64,000 nucleotides of DNA from Xylographa opegraphella (lineage: Eukaryota), in the NCBI GenBank assembly GCA_022813865.1, contig JALDZX010000033.1, positions 62,001-126,000 on the forward strand, read 5' to 3'. The notes under the pieces were generated by a model, which was given only the letters and a program-made list of their open reading frames with translations, was not told the origin of the DNA and did no database searches. Positions 11,162 to 23,175 of the stretch are shown in pieces (position 1 is the stretch's first letter; each line of letters begins with the position of its first letter). The position numbers were made by a program, and so were the translations under genes.

Positions 11162-11908
11162 ATGGCATTGCACAATCTCCCCATCGAAGTTACCCTACAT
11201 ATTCTGTGTCTTGTCACACCAACCGATATAGCAGGCCTTCGACTATCCTCGAGAAGGCTCCATCGGATCGTTCAGTATCACGAAGTTTTTATCTGTAGCG
11301 CTATCGACAAAGCTTGCCACCTCAGATATGAATGTTGGACATCGCCTCGTCCTCAAAACAACGATGGCTTGCACCCATTGCAATTACTGTGCGAAATGTG
11401 GCGTCGTCATATAGTCATCGAGCGCATCATGGCAGAGATTGATCGAAGAGATAGCGGTATGCGGCGAAGCCTTTGGAAATTGTGGGACTACCACGAAGCT
11501 TTGACGTTTGACATCCAAAGCCAGTCTCCAAAAAACCATCGCGCCTTCGTGCAGGCTACCAGTGCAGACGATCTCGTCTCGTTGATATCCGCAGTGCAGA
11601 AGTGCAGTAATCTTCTTCATAAAATCCCGAAGCCGTATCCAGGAGAAGCCCAGCAATGGCCATCAAATGCCACTGTGAAAGATCGGAAAGAATATGAGTG
11701 GTGCCCAGACGCACTTGCCGAGATGGTTATAACAAAAGGCGTGGGGTTCATAGTAAAGGCAGCACTGGAGAAAGAGCCCCAAGCGGTCAGAGAATTTTTT
11801 GACTGGACGAGACCTCATCGCCAAAGTGCATTCTTGCGACTCTGTGACGAACAGAGATTCAAAAGCAAGATTGCAGCATTACAAGCAAATGCTGCAACTC
11901 CTAGCTAG
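11162..11908 (+). CDS. F-box domain protein
   Basis: N-terminal LHNLPIEVTLHILCLVTPTDIAGLRLSSRRLHRIV matches the F-box consensus; intronless ORF. Confidence 0.8.
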   Translation: MALHNLPIEVTLHILCLVTPTDIAGLRLSSRRLHRIVQYHEVFICSAIDKACHLRYECWTSPRPQNNDGLHPLQLLCEMWRRHIVIERIMAEIDRRDSGMRRSLWKLWDYHEALTFDIQSQSPKNHRAFVQATSADDLVSLISAVQKCSNLLHKIPKPYPGEAQQWPSNATVKDRKEYEWCPDALAEMVITKGVGFIVKAALEKEPQAVREFFDWTRPHRQSAFLRLCDEQRFKSKIAALQANAATPS

Positions 11909-12490
11909 ATAGAAGCTCGATGCATGGATGACTGGCTGCGTATTGCATGAAGTACAAATAGAGGCAGAGAGACTGCGAAAGAGAGTTGCTAGCACTTTGT
12001 CCGAATATCAAGCATACATATCCACCAGGAGTGAAGCAGACTCTTTGAACGGAGGGACGAGCGGTCAATTACGGAACAACCGCGCGAGGCGCGAGGTGTG
12101 AGAAGCCAATCAAGTATGGTCGTGATGCCGGATGGCATAAAGCACTTTTTGCAGCTGCAGCAATCTAACAGTAAGAAGAGTAGCCAAGGCATGAATGTTG
12201 CTCTTATGTGCATTATACTGAATGTGATGATGATGACTGGTGTGGGGAGTGTAAGAGTAAGCCGCAACGGGAAAACCTCCATCGCTGCCGATCAAGCGGG
12301 GCAGAATGAATTTTGGTCCATGGCCGAAATCCAAAACCCCACGTCACGGCTCCTGTGATTATACCACTGGGACTGCGACTCGCAACCGCAATCACACCAG
12401 TCAAGAGTGGCCTGGTGACACACAGGCTCTCGAGCCCAAGCTGATGCTGTGTCGACTTCAACTGTCTCGAGCATCCAGTCCCAACATGCA

Positions 12491-14396
12491 ATGGCACCCA
12501 TTCTCATCTCGTATGATCAAGTAGATGAGAGTGCGAAGCCTATTGTCCCGGCTCAGCTCAAGAGACGCTTCAAACCCGTTGTCCCTGTCGTCCCTCGAAT
12601 CTTTGAACGCAAGAAGGGTAAAGGTGTTCCGCAGACGCCGACTTCATCAATTGCCATTGATGGTCAAGAACATCATCCAGTCGAGGCGATCCAAAGCCCT
12701 GTGATACCACTGCCGATTGATGAAAAACAGGGTGTCGAATCTCTGGTCATTCGAAGTGATGGCTATCGATCTCAGCATACACTGGATGAGTCACCAGCTA
12801 CCACAGCTGTAGAGGATCAAGGTATGTCGGATATTTGCCCAACCCGAGGTCGTCGTTAGGATCACTGCTAATCGGTATTCAGTTGCTAGCCCTCCACCCA
12901 CACTCAATTCAAGTCAACTTCACTATCCACAGCAGAATGGGTTTCAATTGTATCCTGCTCTGTATCCCAGTACACCGCGCTCCTATCCTGTTACACAGCC
13001 TGCCTACTCGTTCCCAACCAACAACCACGCAAGCCAATCCAGAATTCTATCGCCATACACACTTGACAAACCGATTGTGTTCCAAGGTGAACCAGATTCA
13101 AACAACTCGTCACCAATCTCGCTCCCTTCTGCGAGTTCCACCACCTTTACTCAACCTACACCGTTGAGCGATGCTACATCCTACCACTCACAATCAATCT
13201 ATCAAGGCTATGGTCATGTGCCCAATGCATATCGGCATTATGTACCAACGAGATTAGCCTTTGAAGCACAAGAAGATGCTGAATCGCAGCCTACGTATAT
13301 TCCATCGGCGAACGGGCTTGATCATCCTCACGCTGGGCCATCAATAGCATATTCAGCGTCTACAAATCAAGGAAGCTCTCAAGATCCATTTGACAATGGA
13401 CAATCTACAGTCAGTATATTGGGATCATACATCTTGGAGCAATTCGGAAACCCATCATATGCCGATTGCGTATTACACCTCGCCTTCGGAAGCCAGGAAG
13501 ACACGGTAATGACCCATGGCCTACTCATAGCTCAGTGCCCAACACTTCGAGCTCTGTTGGACTCTGTCATGACCTATAACACTGAAGGCCGAAGAGAGAT
13601 ATGGTTGACATCTAATGAGCCCTTTCTGACCATTCCAGCTGTTCTTTCGGGTCTTCAATCGTATTACGGTAAACCGCTCTCTTATGAGCCAGGATCTACC
13701 CGCGATATTCATTCCGCGTTGGCATATTTTGCAAGTGGTCGGCTTCTTCAGATAGCTCGTATGCAGGAGATTGGTATCGCTTCGGTCTCTGAGATTCTGA
13801 GGCTCGATAATATCGAACTCGCTTTCGAATGTGCACTATACACAAAGAAAGATGAAGCTGTAGACGGGGAAGAGGAGAGGTTTGACGTGAATGTTGCAGA
13901 CCATCGCTTTAGCGAGTACTCTCTTGGGGGAAAGCTAATGGATATGGTTATACACTTCGTTGTGATCATGTTTCCAGAAGCCTTCGTCTTCGATCCTGCC
14001 GCCCCTGCTCTACCGGAACTGGGCGGACTCCCTCAAGCGCAGACATCAGAGCAGAAGACGTTAAATCCAGCACTCATATCCATTCAATTCGGCGACTTTC
14101 CCAACAATAGTCATCCCAAACCCAATCGAGAGAGCGTTATCCTGTCCCGTCTCTTGCTTTCCCTTCCATTCGCCCCTCTAAGGAGCTTGCTCAATGCTCT
14201 GAGATTACCAGTTGGCCAGCAACTAATGAAGCCAGTAGTTGAAGAGAGGGAACGAAGACGAATGGGAGCCGTGAACGATAAGACGAAAGCGGCAGATCTT
14301 ACAAAACTGGCAATGGAAAGGCTCTCCTGGGAGGAGCGAGTATTCGATAGCGGCTCCTATGTGGATATCGTCCGGGTCCGATCTCAACACCGATAA
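12491..14396 (+). CDS. BTB/POZ-like domain protein (2 exons: 12491-12821, 12883-14396)
   Basis: GTATGT..GCTAAT..CAG intron joins the two ORFs in frame; FGNPSYADCVLHL...HGLLIAQCPTLRALL is a BTB-like start; start codon uncertain. Confidence 0.75.
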
Positions 14397-15549
14397 CCTG
14401 ATCCGAGTCTACGCTTCAATTCAACTTCTATGCGATCAGTTTTTTTTGAGCGCGTTACTGTTCTGGGCGCATTTTGCATGGTAGGCATGGAGTCTGGCAC
14501 CTTGGCCATTGGGATGGTGCATTGGCACGGCCCGCACTGTTATAATCGCTATCCATGTGCTCTATTCTGGACGATTGTTCCCACATAATAATTCATGTAG
14601 CCGGATGGAAGACGGGATGGGAGGAGAAGAAAAAGTTTACGGGTTTTAATAGTAGTAAATATTTTCGTTCTAGTGCTGTATCGTTCATCCTGCTTGTGAC
14701 CAGCTAATTTTGTTTTTTTCCCCCTTTTTTTCCTCTTTTGGCTGGTTGATTGTTCACTTTGCTCTTCACATCGGTCATCCACTCGCTCATTCGATCACTT
14801 CAGAGATCTGTGCTCCGACCCTTAAGTGCACGATATGTTCCGGACTCCTCTTTATCGCACCAGATAATATCAAGAATGGATCCTAGTATAAATACTCTAC
14901 GTATTGCTCAAAAAATCCTCATCTAACGACGACCCTATACGTGAAACAAGCAGCCGGGCATCGCTCGGCAGCCCTCACCTCCAAGCCGGCCTACCTACCG
15001 TGCCCGGCTCTTTAATGAAAGGCTCGGAGATCGAGTACCTGTGGAGTAATGCGGAGAAGAAGCCAGACGCGTGAAAGCACGCGACGGCTTGATAGATTCT
15101 TGCAGCTGTAGCGATGGGCATCGACGTGTACTACTGGGACATATGTTTGTTTTGATATATATCGAGGCGATGGTGATTATGTGAAACTCGAGGGACCGAC
15201 AAATGGTCACGGATAAGCCACACGGGCGTCTGATATCCAGTTTCATTCGACCATGTTGTGTAATGGTCATCGTCGACTCCCATACTCATAGTATTTGCAG
15301 GGCTCCGCACTGCCACTTCGGCCAAATCAGTTCAGTCAGTGCAATAGCTAAAGTCATAATGATGTGGACTTGTATGATACGTGATGGCAGGTCTATAGTT
15401 TGATCATCTAATTTAATAAGGTTGTATGAATAACTAGGTACCGGAAAAATTAGGGCCCGCCTAACAGACCATGGCACAGAACGAATGCTCGAGCAACCTT
15501 GCAGAAGGGATCACGAAAACCCAGCGGTTGACAGAAGTGGCGAGGCCAG

Positions 15550-16809
15550 CTATATCCGGCTACTGGTCCCGACTCCATCGTCCCCTAAAGTATGCACAGC
15601 CATCTGCTTAGGAGAAACGGCGGGCGTGGGCAGTGGGGCAGGAAAGGGCAGATGCAGCGATCGTTTGTTGGCGAAGTCCGGGCCTGGACTGGGCCATGCG
15701 TAGTCCAGCCAGGAGCCGATGAGTTCCTTGACAACGACGGCCCGGTCTCGCACCTCCTTCTGTCTTTGCAGACTCCATGCTCGTTCTGGGCTTTGTTTGT
15801 TCGTTTCTGAAGTGTTATGTTCGCTGTCCTCCAGACCGTCCAGGATGCTGCGCCATACTTGCAGTGTCTCGTCGAGTTCTTTAAGGTTGCTTACGCCGAT
15901 GACGCTGATCCCTTGTCTCGACTCTCCAGTACCTTCGACGACCGTATCGTTTCCAGGTTTCACATTTGATCCTAGCGTAGCACCTTCCTTTAGCCAAGTC
16001 CCCAGCGCCCAGCGAATAGCGACCTTCTCAATCCTGTCGCCTAGACCATCGCAGTACCGGCTGGCAGTATCAACGGCGGACCGTAGTTCATTGGGCGACG
16101 GATGCCAGTCCCCTAAGCTGCCTACAGGCACACCTCCACGGCGAAGAAGTCCCATAGCCAAGACCGAGGCATTTGGCACCACATCAACGCCGGCTGCCTT
16201 CAGTCTTGGTAAGGCCACAGAGCTGAGTCTCGTGTTCTGCAGGGTATAATTCGCGTAGGACATAACAATGTCCAGCGGCTCCCCCGTCCTCTCGAGGATC
16301 ATCTCGGCCAACTCACAGAGTACGGCCACCGGATATCCCGATATTCCCACATACTTCACGGCGCCATTTTCGTCTCGAATGCGGCGGAGCTCTGTGACTG
16401 CTGTCAAGACCTCCTCCGGTGTCACAAACTCCACATCATGACAGTATACCACATCCAAGTAATCGGTCTTGAGGCGTTTCAAGCTGCGCTGGATGCTGGT
16501 CCGCACCCAAGCAGGTGAGTAGTCGAACTCGGCGCCGCCTACTCTTCCCACCTTTGTCAGAAGGTAGTAGTCACGCCGGGGAAAGTTGTCGTGTACGAAG
16601 GATGTGTCGAGCGCTTGGCCTAAGAGCTCTTCGGCCGGTCCGTAGTAGGGTGATGTGTCAAATGCGCGGACACCCGACGACAGAGCACGATGCACGATGC
16701 CGGTGGTGGGAAGGGCGTATGGGTCTGGATTGTACTGAGAGTTGAAGGTAGCTGTACCGCAGATCAGAGGTGGAAGAAAGAAGGACAAAGGCGGACTGGT
16801 CGCGGGCAT
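15550..16809 (-). CDS. Aldo-keto reductase (D-arabinose/L-galactose dehydrogenase, ARA2-like)
   Basis: 419 aa; LICGTATF, AFDTSPYYG, LLTKVGR, SLKRLKTDYLDVVYCHDVEF, YVGISGYP motifs. Confidence 0.92.
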   Translation of the reverse strand: MPATSPPLSFFLPPLICGTATFNSQYNPDPYALPTTGIVHRALSSGVRAFDTSPYYGPAEELLGQALDTSFVHDNFPRRDYYLLTKVGRVGGAEFDYSPAWVRTSIQRSLKRLKTDYLDVVYCHDVEFVTPEEVLTAVTELRRIRDENGAVKYVGISGYPVAVLCELAEMILERTGEPLDIVMSYANYTLQNTRLSSVALPRLKAAGVDVVPNASVLAMGLLRRGGVPVGSLGDWHPSPNELRSAVDTASRYCDGLGDRIEKVAIRWALGTWLKEGATLGSNVKPGNDTVVEGTGESRQGISVIGVSNLKELDETLQVWRSILDGLEDSEHNTSETNKQSPERAWSLQRQKEVRDRAVVVKELIGSWLDYAWPSPGPDFANKRSLHLPFPAPLPTPAVSPKQMAVHTLGDDGVGTSSRI

Positions 16810-18071
16810 GATGTGAAGCTCTGGCAGGTGAAATAGAACGGTTCGTTGAGTGAGAAAGGTAAGTCAGTAGCAGTCCGGACCTGAATACTTCTATACACAA
16901 AGCAGAGCTTATCAGTTGGTCAGTGAGAACAATAGGCTTTCGCCCCTGTCACTGTAAGCAGTCTATCATAGTGTCCGATAGATGCGCGTCAACACATGCG
17001 TTTGTTCCGCCCAAAAAAATCTGTTTTCTAAGCTCCTTTGCGGGTGCGTAATCGTATCAATAACCAAAGGCAGATTAGGGCAAAGCCCTGCTGATGACAC
17101 CATCGGGTCGATGACGCCTAGACTCCATAGCGCTGATGCCAATGGCGGAAGGAACCGTAAGGTGATTCTCTTCTGCGCATGAACGGGCGCATGGAGAATT
17201 GGGAAGATTGGAGAGCTTCAAGAAGTTGAGCAAGCAAAGTGCCCATGCAGCTTCTCGATTGGTGTGGGACCGTCTGAGCATCGGCCGTGAGGCTGACCAG
17301 ATCCCTGCCGCATGAGAACGTTGCTCGGATCGCCGATCAGTCCGCCGAGCCAAGCGAGTCAGTCCCGCTCCAGCTAATCAAAGGCCTCGGAATCACGGGA
17401 CCCGAGAATCCAATCCCGAGGTCCAATTCGGGCTCGGAACGGCCCTTCTCTCGGTACGAAGTGGTACGAAGTGGTAGGAGTTGGGAATGATACGGTAAGG
17501 TACCTTAGTAAAATCAGCAACGCATTTCTGCCCAAACACTTATTTGTACAGCTAACTTCGAGAGCGCAGCCAACACTACCACTATCGGCCTTTCTACTGG
17601 CTCTGGATCCTCCGTATATCCTGGATCACTGGTCGCCCCTGTCAACTGCTCATTCCTTTGTGCTTTTTTCTACGGTGAACGCTGTCACTGGGTTGGCGAT
17701 TCGACTGGAGCGATCACATTCTCCTGGCTTGCTGCCGACGAGTGCTATCTAAGCAGTGCTACAGGAGTAACGGTTGTGTTCGGTCCTGCGTGGATGGATC
17801 CAGATGGCTGAACCAAGCTCGGGCTTTCGCTGTTCGGACATTCGTGATCGAGCGAACCGAAGATGTTATGCATGAGTGCGTATGGTATGCCTGATCGAGA
17901 ACCGATGCCATAAAATGAGCTTGCGAGCTGCTGCAGGTCTGTCAGAAGTCTTGGAGACCGCAGCTCTGCCTCCACTAGGCCTGCTCCGCTTCCAGTATCA
18001 AGGACCTCATGTTGCCTAGTATTCCTTTGAAGATGCTGATAATTCCGTCATCGGAGAGACTATCACCCCGC

Positions 18072-20083
18072 ATGTCTGCCTTTCAGTGCGGTTTTGCTTA
18101 TTTGACCGCGTTGGCGCTGGTTTCGTACATTACTCTCTCGTTCATTTCATGGTATCGGCTTCGTCGATTCAAAGGTCCCTGGCTAGCCTCCGTCTCTGAG
18201 CTCTGGCTAGGAAAGGTAGGACTCAGTGGTCGGTCGGCCGAGTTATTCGACAATGTCAATAGAGAATACGGTAAGCTGTTCCTACACAATGGCCATTCCC
18301 GACTCACACAATGTTAAGGCCATCTCGCCCGAATTGGACCGAACGACTTGATCACGGATGATGCAGATATCATCCGTCATATCTCCGGATCGAAGGTGCC
18401 AGGCTACGGGAAATCTAAATGGTACACAAGCTTTGCTCTGGGTGCGCTAGATGGTCTGACAATGTGTCTTGCTCCGTACTGAGCTGCTGTCAGATTCCGC
18501 ATCATACCATCTCTTCTCTACCCCAGATGTGGCATACCATGATAGACTACGGACACAGATGATTGCTGGGGTACGAATGAGTGGCGATCCTGAGGTTTAA
18601 AGTTGCTGATGAATACAGTATGGGAAGAAAGAGAATCCAGGCCTCGAGTCTGCCATTGACGGCCAAATAATCAATTTGACTCGTCTCATCGAGAGAAAAT
18701 ATCTATCCGCTCAATCGGAGACTCGACGGATGGATCTAGGGCTACTGATGTCGGTGAGGCCCTTTCCAAATGCGTACCGACTCGGATTATTCTAATAGAG
18801 ACAGTACTTTACCCTCGACGTGATATCCGATCTGACGTTCGGTGATGCTTTCGGATGTCTGAACAAGGACGAAGATGTCCATGAATACCTCGCCAGCTTC
18901 TCATCCACGATCCCATTCAAGACGCTGTTGTCCTTGTCTCCCTCTCTACGTCGGCTTTTGTCGATTAGATGGCTTGCGTCCATTTTTGGTCCCTCAAGGA
19001 GTACAAGTAGGGCATTTGGGATTCTCGCACGGTACGTAGCTTACACGCGATTGAGGTGCCTTGTGTTATGCACTCCTTGGGTCTGACAATTTTTACTCAT
19101 CATGGAGTCCGAATCACGGAACTGAGCATTATCCACGTTGTACCTTGACTAATATAGATTAAGCTTATCTAAAGACCTGGTCAAAACAAGGATAGCAGGC
19201 GAGGAGAAGTCTGATATGCTCGGCTCCTTCATGAGACATGGTCCGTTGAAGACAATTACAATGTAACTAGCATATAACTGACTATTCTATTCAGGACTCA
19301 CTCCCCGCGAGCTCCAGAACTCTGTCATGCTTCAACTGGTGGCTGGATCGGAGACGACCGCAACCAATTTAAGCGGAACACTACTACATATCATCACCAA
19401 TGCAAGGGTGCTGCAACGCCTTCGCAACGAAATGGATGCTGCCGTGTCATCGGGGAAGATCTCGAGACCAGTCATTCAGACGTCTGAGGCCAAGCAGCTA
19501 CCATATTTGCAAGCATGTCTCCGCGAAGGTATGCGAGCAAACGTGCCTCTTTCCACTGGCTTTGCCAAAGTAGTTCCCAAAGGAGGTGATACGTTGGCTG
19601 GAAAATATGTACCCGGGGGGACTCAAGTTTTTCAGAACACGCGGGGTGTCATGAGGAACAAGGATGTCTTTGGAGAAGATGTGGATAACTATCGACCGGA
19701 ACGGTGGCTTGACGACGAATCAGAAGGAAAGGAGACGAAGCGTGGGGAACAAATCATGCGAATGCTCAAGGATATAGATCTGAATTTTGGATATGGAAAG
19801 TGGGGGTAAGTTACAGCTGCGATTGGACCAGTGTCTACTCCTCATCAATTAATGTGACGATAGGTGCTTGGGAAGACTGATATCCGAAACCGAGTTGCAT
19901 AAGATCTATTTCGAGGTTTGTAAGATCCAATCCATTCCGAATAGCAGTTTTTTAATCTTTGTTTGTCAGCTACTTTATCGATACGACTTTGCCGTCATCA
20001 ATACCAGCCAGCCATGCACTCGGATTGAATATGTCCAGATTCTTGTCAAGGATCTTTGGGTGAGAGTTTCTCTTAGGGAATAA
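18072..20083 (+). CDS. Cytochrome P450, 9 exons (pisatin demethylase/benzoate-monooxygenase-like group)
   Basis: N-terminal TM anchor; RIGPNDLITDD; I-helix AGSETT; EGMR (ExxR); PERW; heme FGYGKWG|CLG split by an intron. Exons approx. 18072-18270, 18319-18441, 18494-18570, 18619-18753, 18805-19031, 19158-19240, 19295-19805, 19864-19915, 19970-20083 splice in frame. Confidence 0.93.
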
Positions 20084-20506
20084 GATCAACATCAACAACG
20101 GCGGGCCTGAAACCCCGTAGCACTGTAGGATGAAAGGAAGGACAAGTGTGGTTGGCATGCTGGGAGGATCAATGATATAGTTAGACCCGCGAACACATCA
20201 CACTGCCATTCTACCAGTCTATGACATGACTCAGTTCAAACAAGACTGTATAGACTTTCGCCCAAGGTAGACATTTAGATGCAGAAGGACGGCTGGTATA
20301 CGTATCAGAGTCTCCTACTTGCAAGCCGCGAGGAAGCGTTGCTGCCCAGTATGTGATGACCAACTAGCGTCCAGGTGATCCCTGTCACCTTGTTTACATT
20401 GTCATTCGCGAAAACGAAGAACACGGCAACCTTTCTCCGTACATTGTTAGCACTTGTCGCGAGGCGCAATCTCCCACGTTGTGATTCGCATACCTGCTCT
20501 GATACC

Positions 20507-22660
20507 ATGGCAAATCCGTTATCCCCACTTTCTTCATCAGGTCTCAATGTCAAGTCGCCAGCGAGAATTGCCCTGAAAGCCAAACTCGAAGGAACGACTC
20601 GGATGGCGTCGCAAGATCAGATATTCGACTATGGCTCCGAGAATTACCACGACAATAAGCCCACACAAATAATGACAAGCTCACCATTCGTTGAAGATGT
20701 CGAATCCACCACGGCAGGCCTGCCTTCGTACCAAGAAAGTCCTAGCAAGCAAAGGTCACCGAAGAAGCCTATGTCGGCAACAGTATATGGTGCTCCGCTG
20801 ACAGAAGACGCGTTACGAGAAAACGAAGACCTTACAGCCTCTGTCAGCACAGCAGTCGATAGCAGGACAGAGAGCTACTGTGAAGCTCGTAACGACAACG
20901 ACACAATGTCCATCATAAACGAGCCCAAATCGTATGCTGGCGCCGACGACACCTGCTTTAGCACCTTTTCCGCCGTTCCAAACACCGATATGACTATGTT
21001 CGCGCGCATTGGTCAATCTCCGATTAAAAGCAGTCCTGCCAGTCCTACCCGATCTGCCAGACACCGAGATGGACAAAGAACACCTGCACACAGCCGGCCT
21101 ACGACTCCTGGAACTATCAGGCGAGGCGATTATGATCCTGAATTCCCACCTTCCTCCCCGACCCCACGGCACAGATACACAAATACCGCAGATGATACTA
21201 TGAACCTACTGGAATTCACTGGCCAGTTAGACGACATCGCTCCCTCATTTCGATCCCCTCGCCATACGTCTCCTAGAAAACCTCAAATGAGACATGATCT
21301 TACAGGATACCCAGCGAGTCACCGCCTACGGTCTCCGACGCGTGACGGCTTCTTTCCTGCCTCGCCTGCAGAAGCTCGACATCTCACCAATCTTCTAGAC
21401 TTTGACCTTCCACCTGCACCGACTCCGCGCTCCATACCTACAATCACGGCACGTGAACTCGAATCTCTGAAGTCATCATTTAACTCTCAGATCTCGTCTC
21501 TGAAGGCTTCACTTAGCGGCAAAGAAGCCGAGATCATGAGCCTCAAAGGTGCAAAAGATGATGCGGAGCAGAGGGTTGGGGAAGCACTCGAGCAGATTCG
21601 TGACCTTAGAGATTCCAAGGAAGACTTGCAAGCGGAGAAAGGAGATTGGGAGAAGAGAGACAAGGAGATGCAAGTTGTTCTTCGGGGTGTCAAAGAACAA
21701 ATCATGTGCAACGAAAAGGAGAGAGAAGAACTATACACCAAGACTAGGGATCTTGAAAGGCGTTGCGAGGAGGCAGAGACTCGAGCTTCAGAAGCAGAAA
21801 GCAAAGTAGCAGGTCTGGAAGCGGGGAATTCTGTTACTGCAAGTTCGCAAGGCGAGGGAAACCCAGGGGATATCAGCACACCTGGCTCAAACAGCAACAA
21901 GGCCGTGGAAGTAGCGGTCGAGAAAGTAGCGCGCGAGCTCCACACGCTCTACAAAGCGAAGCATGAAACGAAGGTGTCCGCTCTGAAAAAGAGCTACGAA
22001 GCGCGGTGGGAGAAGCGTCTGCGCGACTTGCAGGCCAAGCTCGACGAAGCCACGCGCGAGAACGACGAGCTACGCGTCGGTCGTGACGCTACCATGTCCG
22101 GGCTCGTACCGCCTCCTATAGATGTTAGATCTGAGCCACCTTCGTACAATGAGATTGAGGAAGCGCAGAAGCTGGAGGACTTGCAGCTCTTGGTCGACAT
22201 GAAGGCGCAGCTGGAGTCGCTGGCTACAGAGATCGACACGCTGCGGAGAGACTCCGCGGCTCTGGAGGCAGATCTCGAGGGTGCGCGTAAGGAAAGCGCC
22301 GCCTTGCAAGAGGAGCTCAACATCTCAAGGCGAGAGAACAGCGAACTTGTCGGTGCGGTCGAGCAGATGCTGAGTCTTGAGGTTGTGCCTGCATCGGTGT
22401 CGGTGTCGCAGCCTCCACTTCCGCATGCGGCCTCAAGTATGGGTGTGGCGGGCGAGGCTAGCTTCAAAGCTTCGGTGGCTTCCAGAGCGTCGGGGCTGAA
22501 GGGTCCGGGATTTGGTACCGTTGGAGCAGGTGCGGCGGATGGGAGGTTCGGCATGGGCCTGATGAAAAGAAGTGTGAGTGGAGGGCAAGGTTTGGTGGCG
22601 CCCCGGAGTGGGATTATGAGTAATATTGAAAGGATGGGGAGAGGTCGGGGGTTGGAGTAA
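20507..22660 (+). CDS. Coiled-coil spindle/kinetochore-associated protein with fungal TACC (Slk19-type) domain
   Basis: S/P-rich N-terminus, long coiled coil, VARELHTLYKAKHETKVSALKKSYEARWEKR motif; first ATG at 20507. Confidence 0.8.
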   Translation: MANPLSPLSSSGLNVKSPARIALKAKLEGTTRMASQDQIFDYGSENYHDNKPTQIMTSSPFVEDVESTTAGLPSYQESPSKQRSPKKPMSATVYGAPLTEDALRENEDLTASVSTAVDSRTESYCEARNDNDTMSIINEPKSYAGADDTCFSTFSAVPNTDMTMFARIGQSPIKSSPASPTRSARHRDGQRTPAHSRPTTPGTIRRGDYDPEFPPSSPTPRHRYTNTADDTMNLLEFTGQLDDIAPSFRSPRHTSPRKPQMRHDLTGYPASHRLRSPTRDGFFPASPAEARHLTNLLDFDLPPAPTPRSIPTITARELESLKSSFNSQISSLKASLSGKEAEIMSLKGAKDDAEQRVGEALEQIRDLRDSKEDLQAEKGDWEKRDKEMQVVLRGVKEQIMCNEKEREELYTKTRDLERRCEEAETRASEAESKVAGLEAGNSVTASSQGEGNPGDISTPGSNSNKAVEVAVEKVARELHTLYKAKHETKVSALKKSYEARWEKRLRDLQAKLDEATRENDELRVGRDATMSGLVPPPIDVRSEPPSYNEIEEAQKLEDLQLLVDMKAQLESLATEIDTLRRDSAALEADLEGARKESAALQEELNISRRENSELVGAVEQMLSLEVVPASVSVSQPPLPHAASSMGVAGEASFKASVASRASGLKGPGFGTVGAGAADGRFGMGLMKRSVSGGQGLVAPRSGIMSNIERMGRGRGLE

Positions 22661-23175
22661 ATAACGAGTTCTATTGTGGCATGGTATAAATGTACGAAAA
22701 GGGTGCCAGTGGGTGACTTCTTGGCGGAGAATGACACGATCGTGTATAGGTACTTAGACAGACCCAGCCTCATGTATGCGATGATGACCTTGGGGAAGAA
22801 GGCGGTTCCGCTGGCGCTGCGCATTTCCAAGAGGTGGGAATGTCTCAGCACGATAGTGCTGGGTGGTGGTATTGGTGCGGGTCTCTAAATACTTTTTTTG
22901 AATCGGTATATATTGGTTTGTGCAATTGTCACATTTTGGCATATGTAATCTACAATAAGGGATCCGCTGTATTTGCGTAAAGAAGATGTTGTTCGACAAT
23001 CAAGAATATTAGCGTGAACACGCTTCAGGGGAGCGAATATTGTATCATACAAGTATGCATACGAGCTGTACATATGATGAGATGGGGTTGGAGGTCATGA
23101 ACAGACAAGAGATTTTCAACGGCCAAACTATATCTACCTGTTTGCTCAGCCTGGTGCAGTAATATGGCCGGTCTC

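Noticed and set aside
14950..15480. Short ORFs as a possible gene relic (also 17570-18000 and 60600-62110)
   Set aside because: No recognisable protein motif or consistent exon structure
21994..22851. 285-aa antisense ORF (similarly 49074-49934, 43859-44500 and 23164-23775)
   Set aside because: Shadow ORFs opposite well-supported genes, with no motifs
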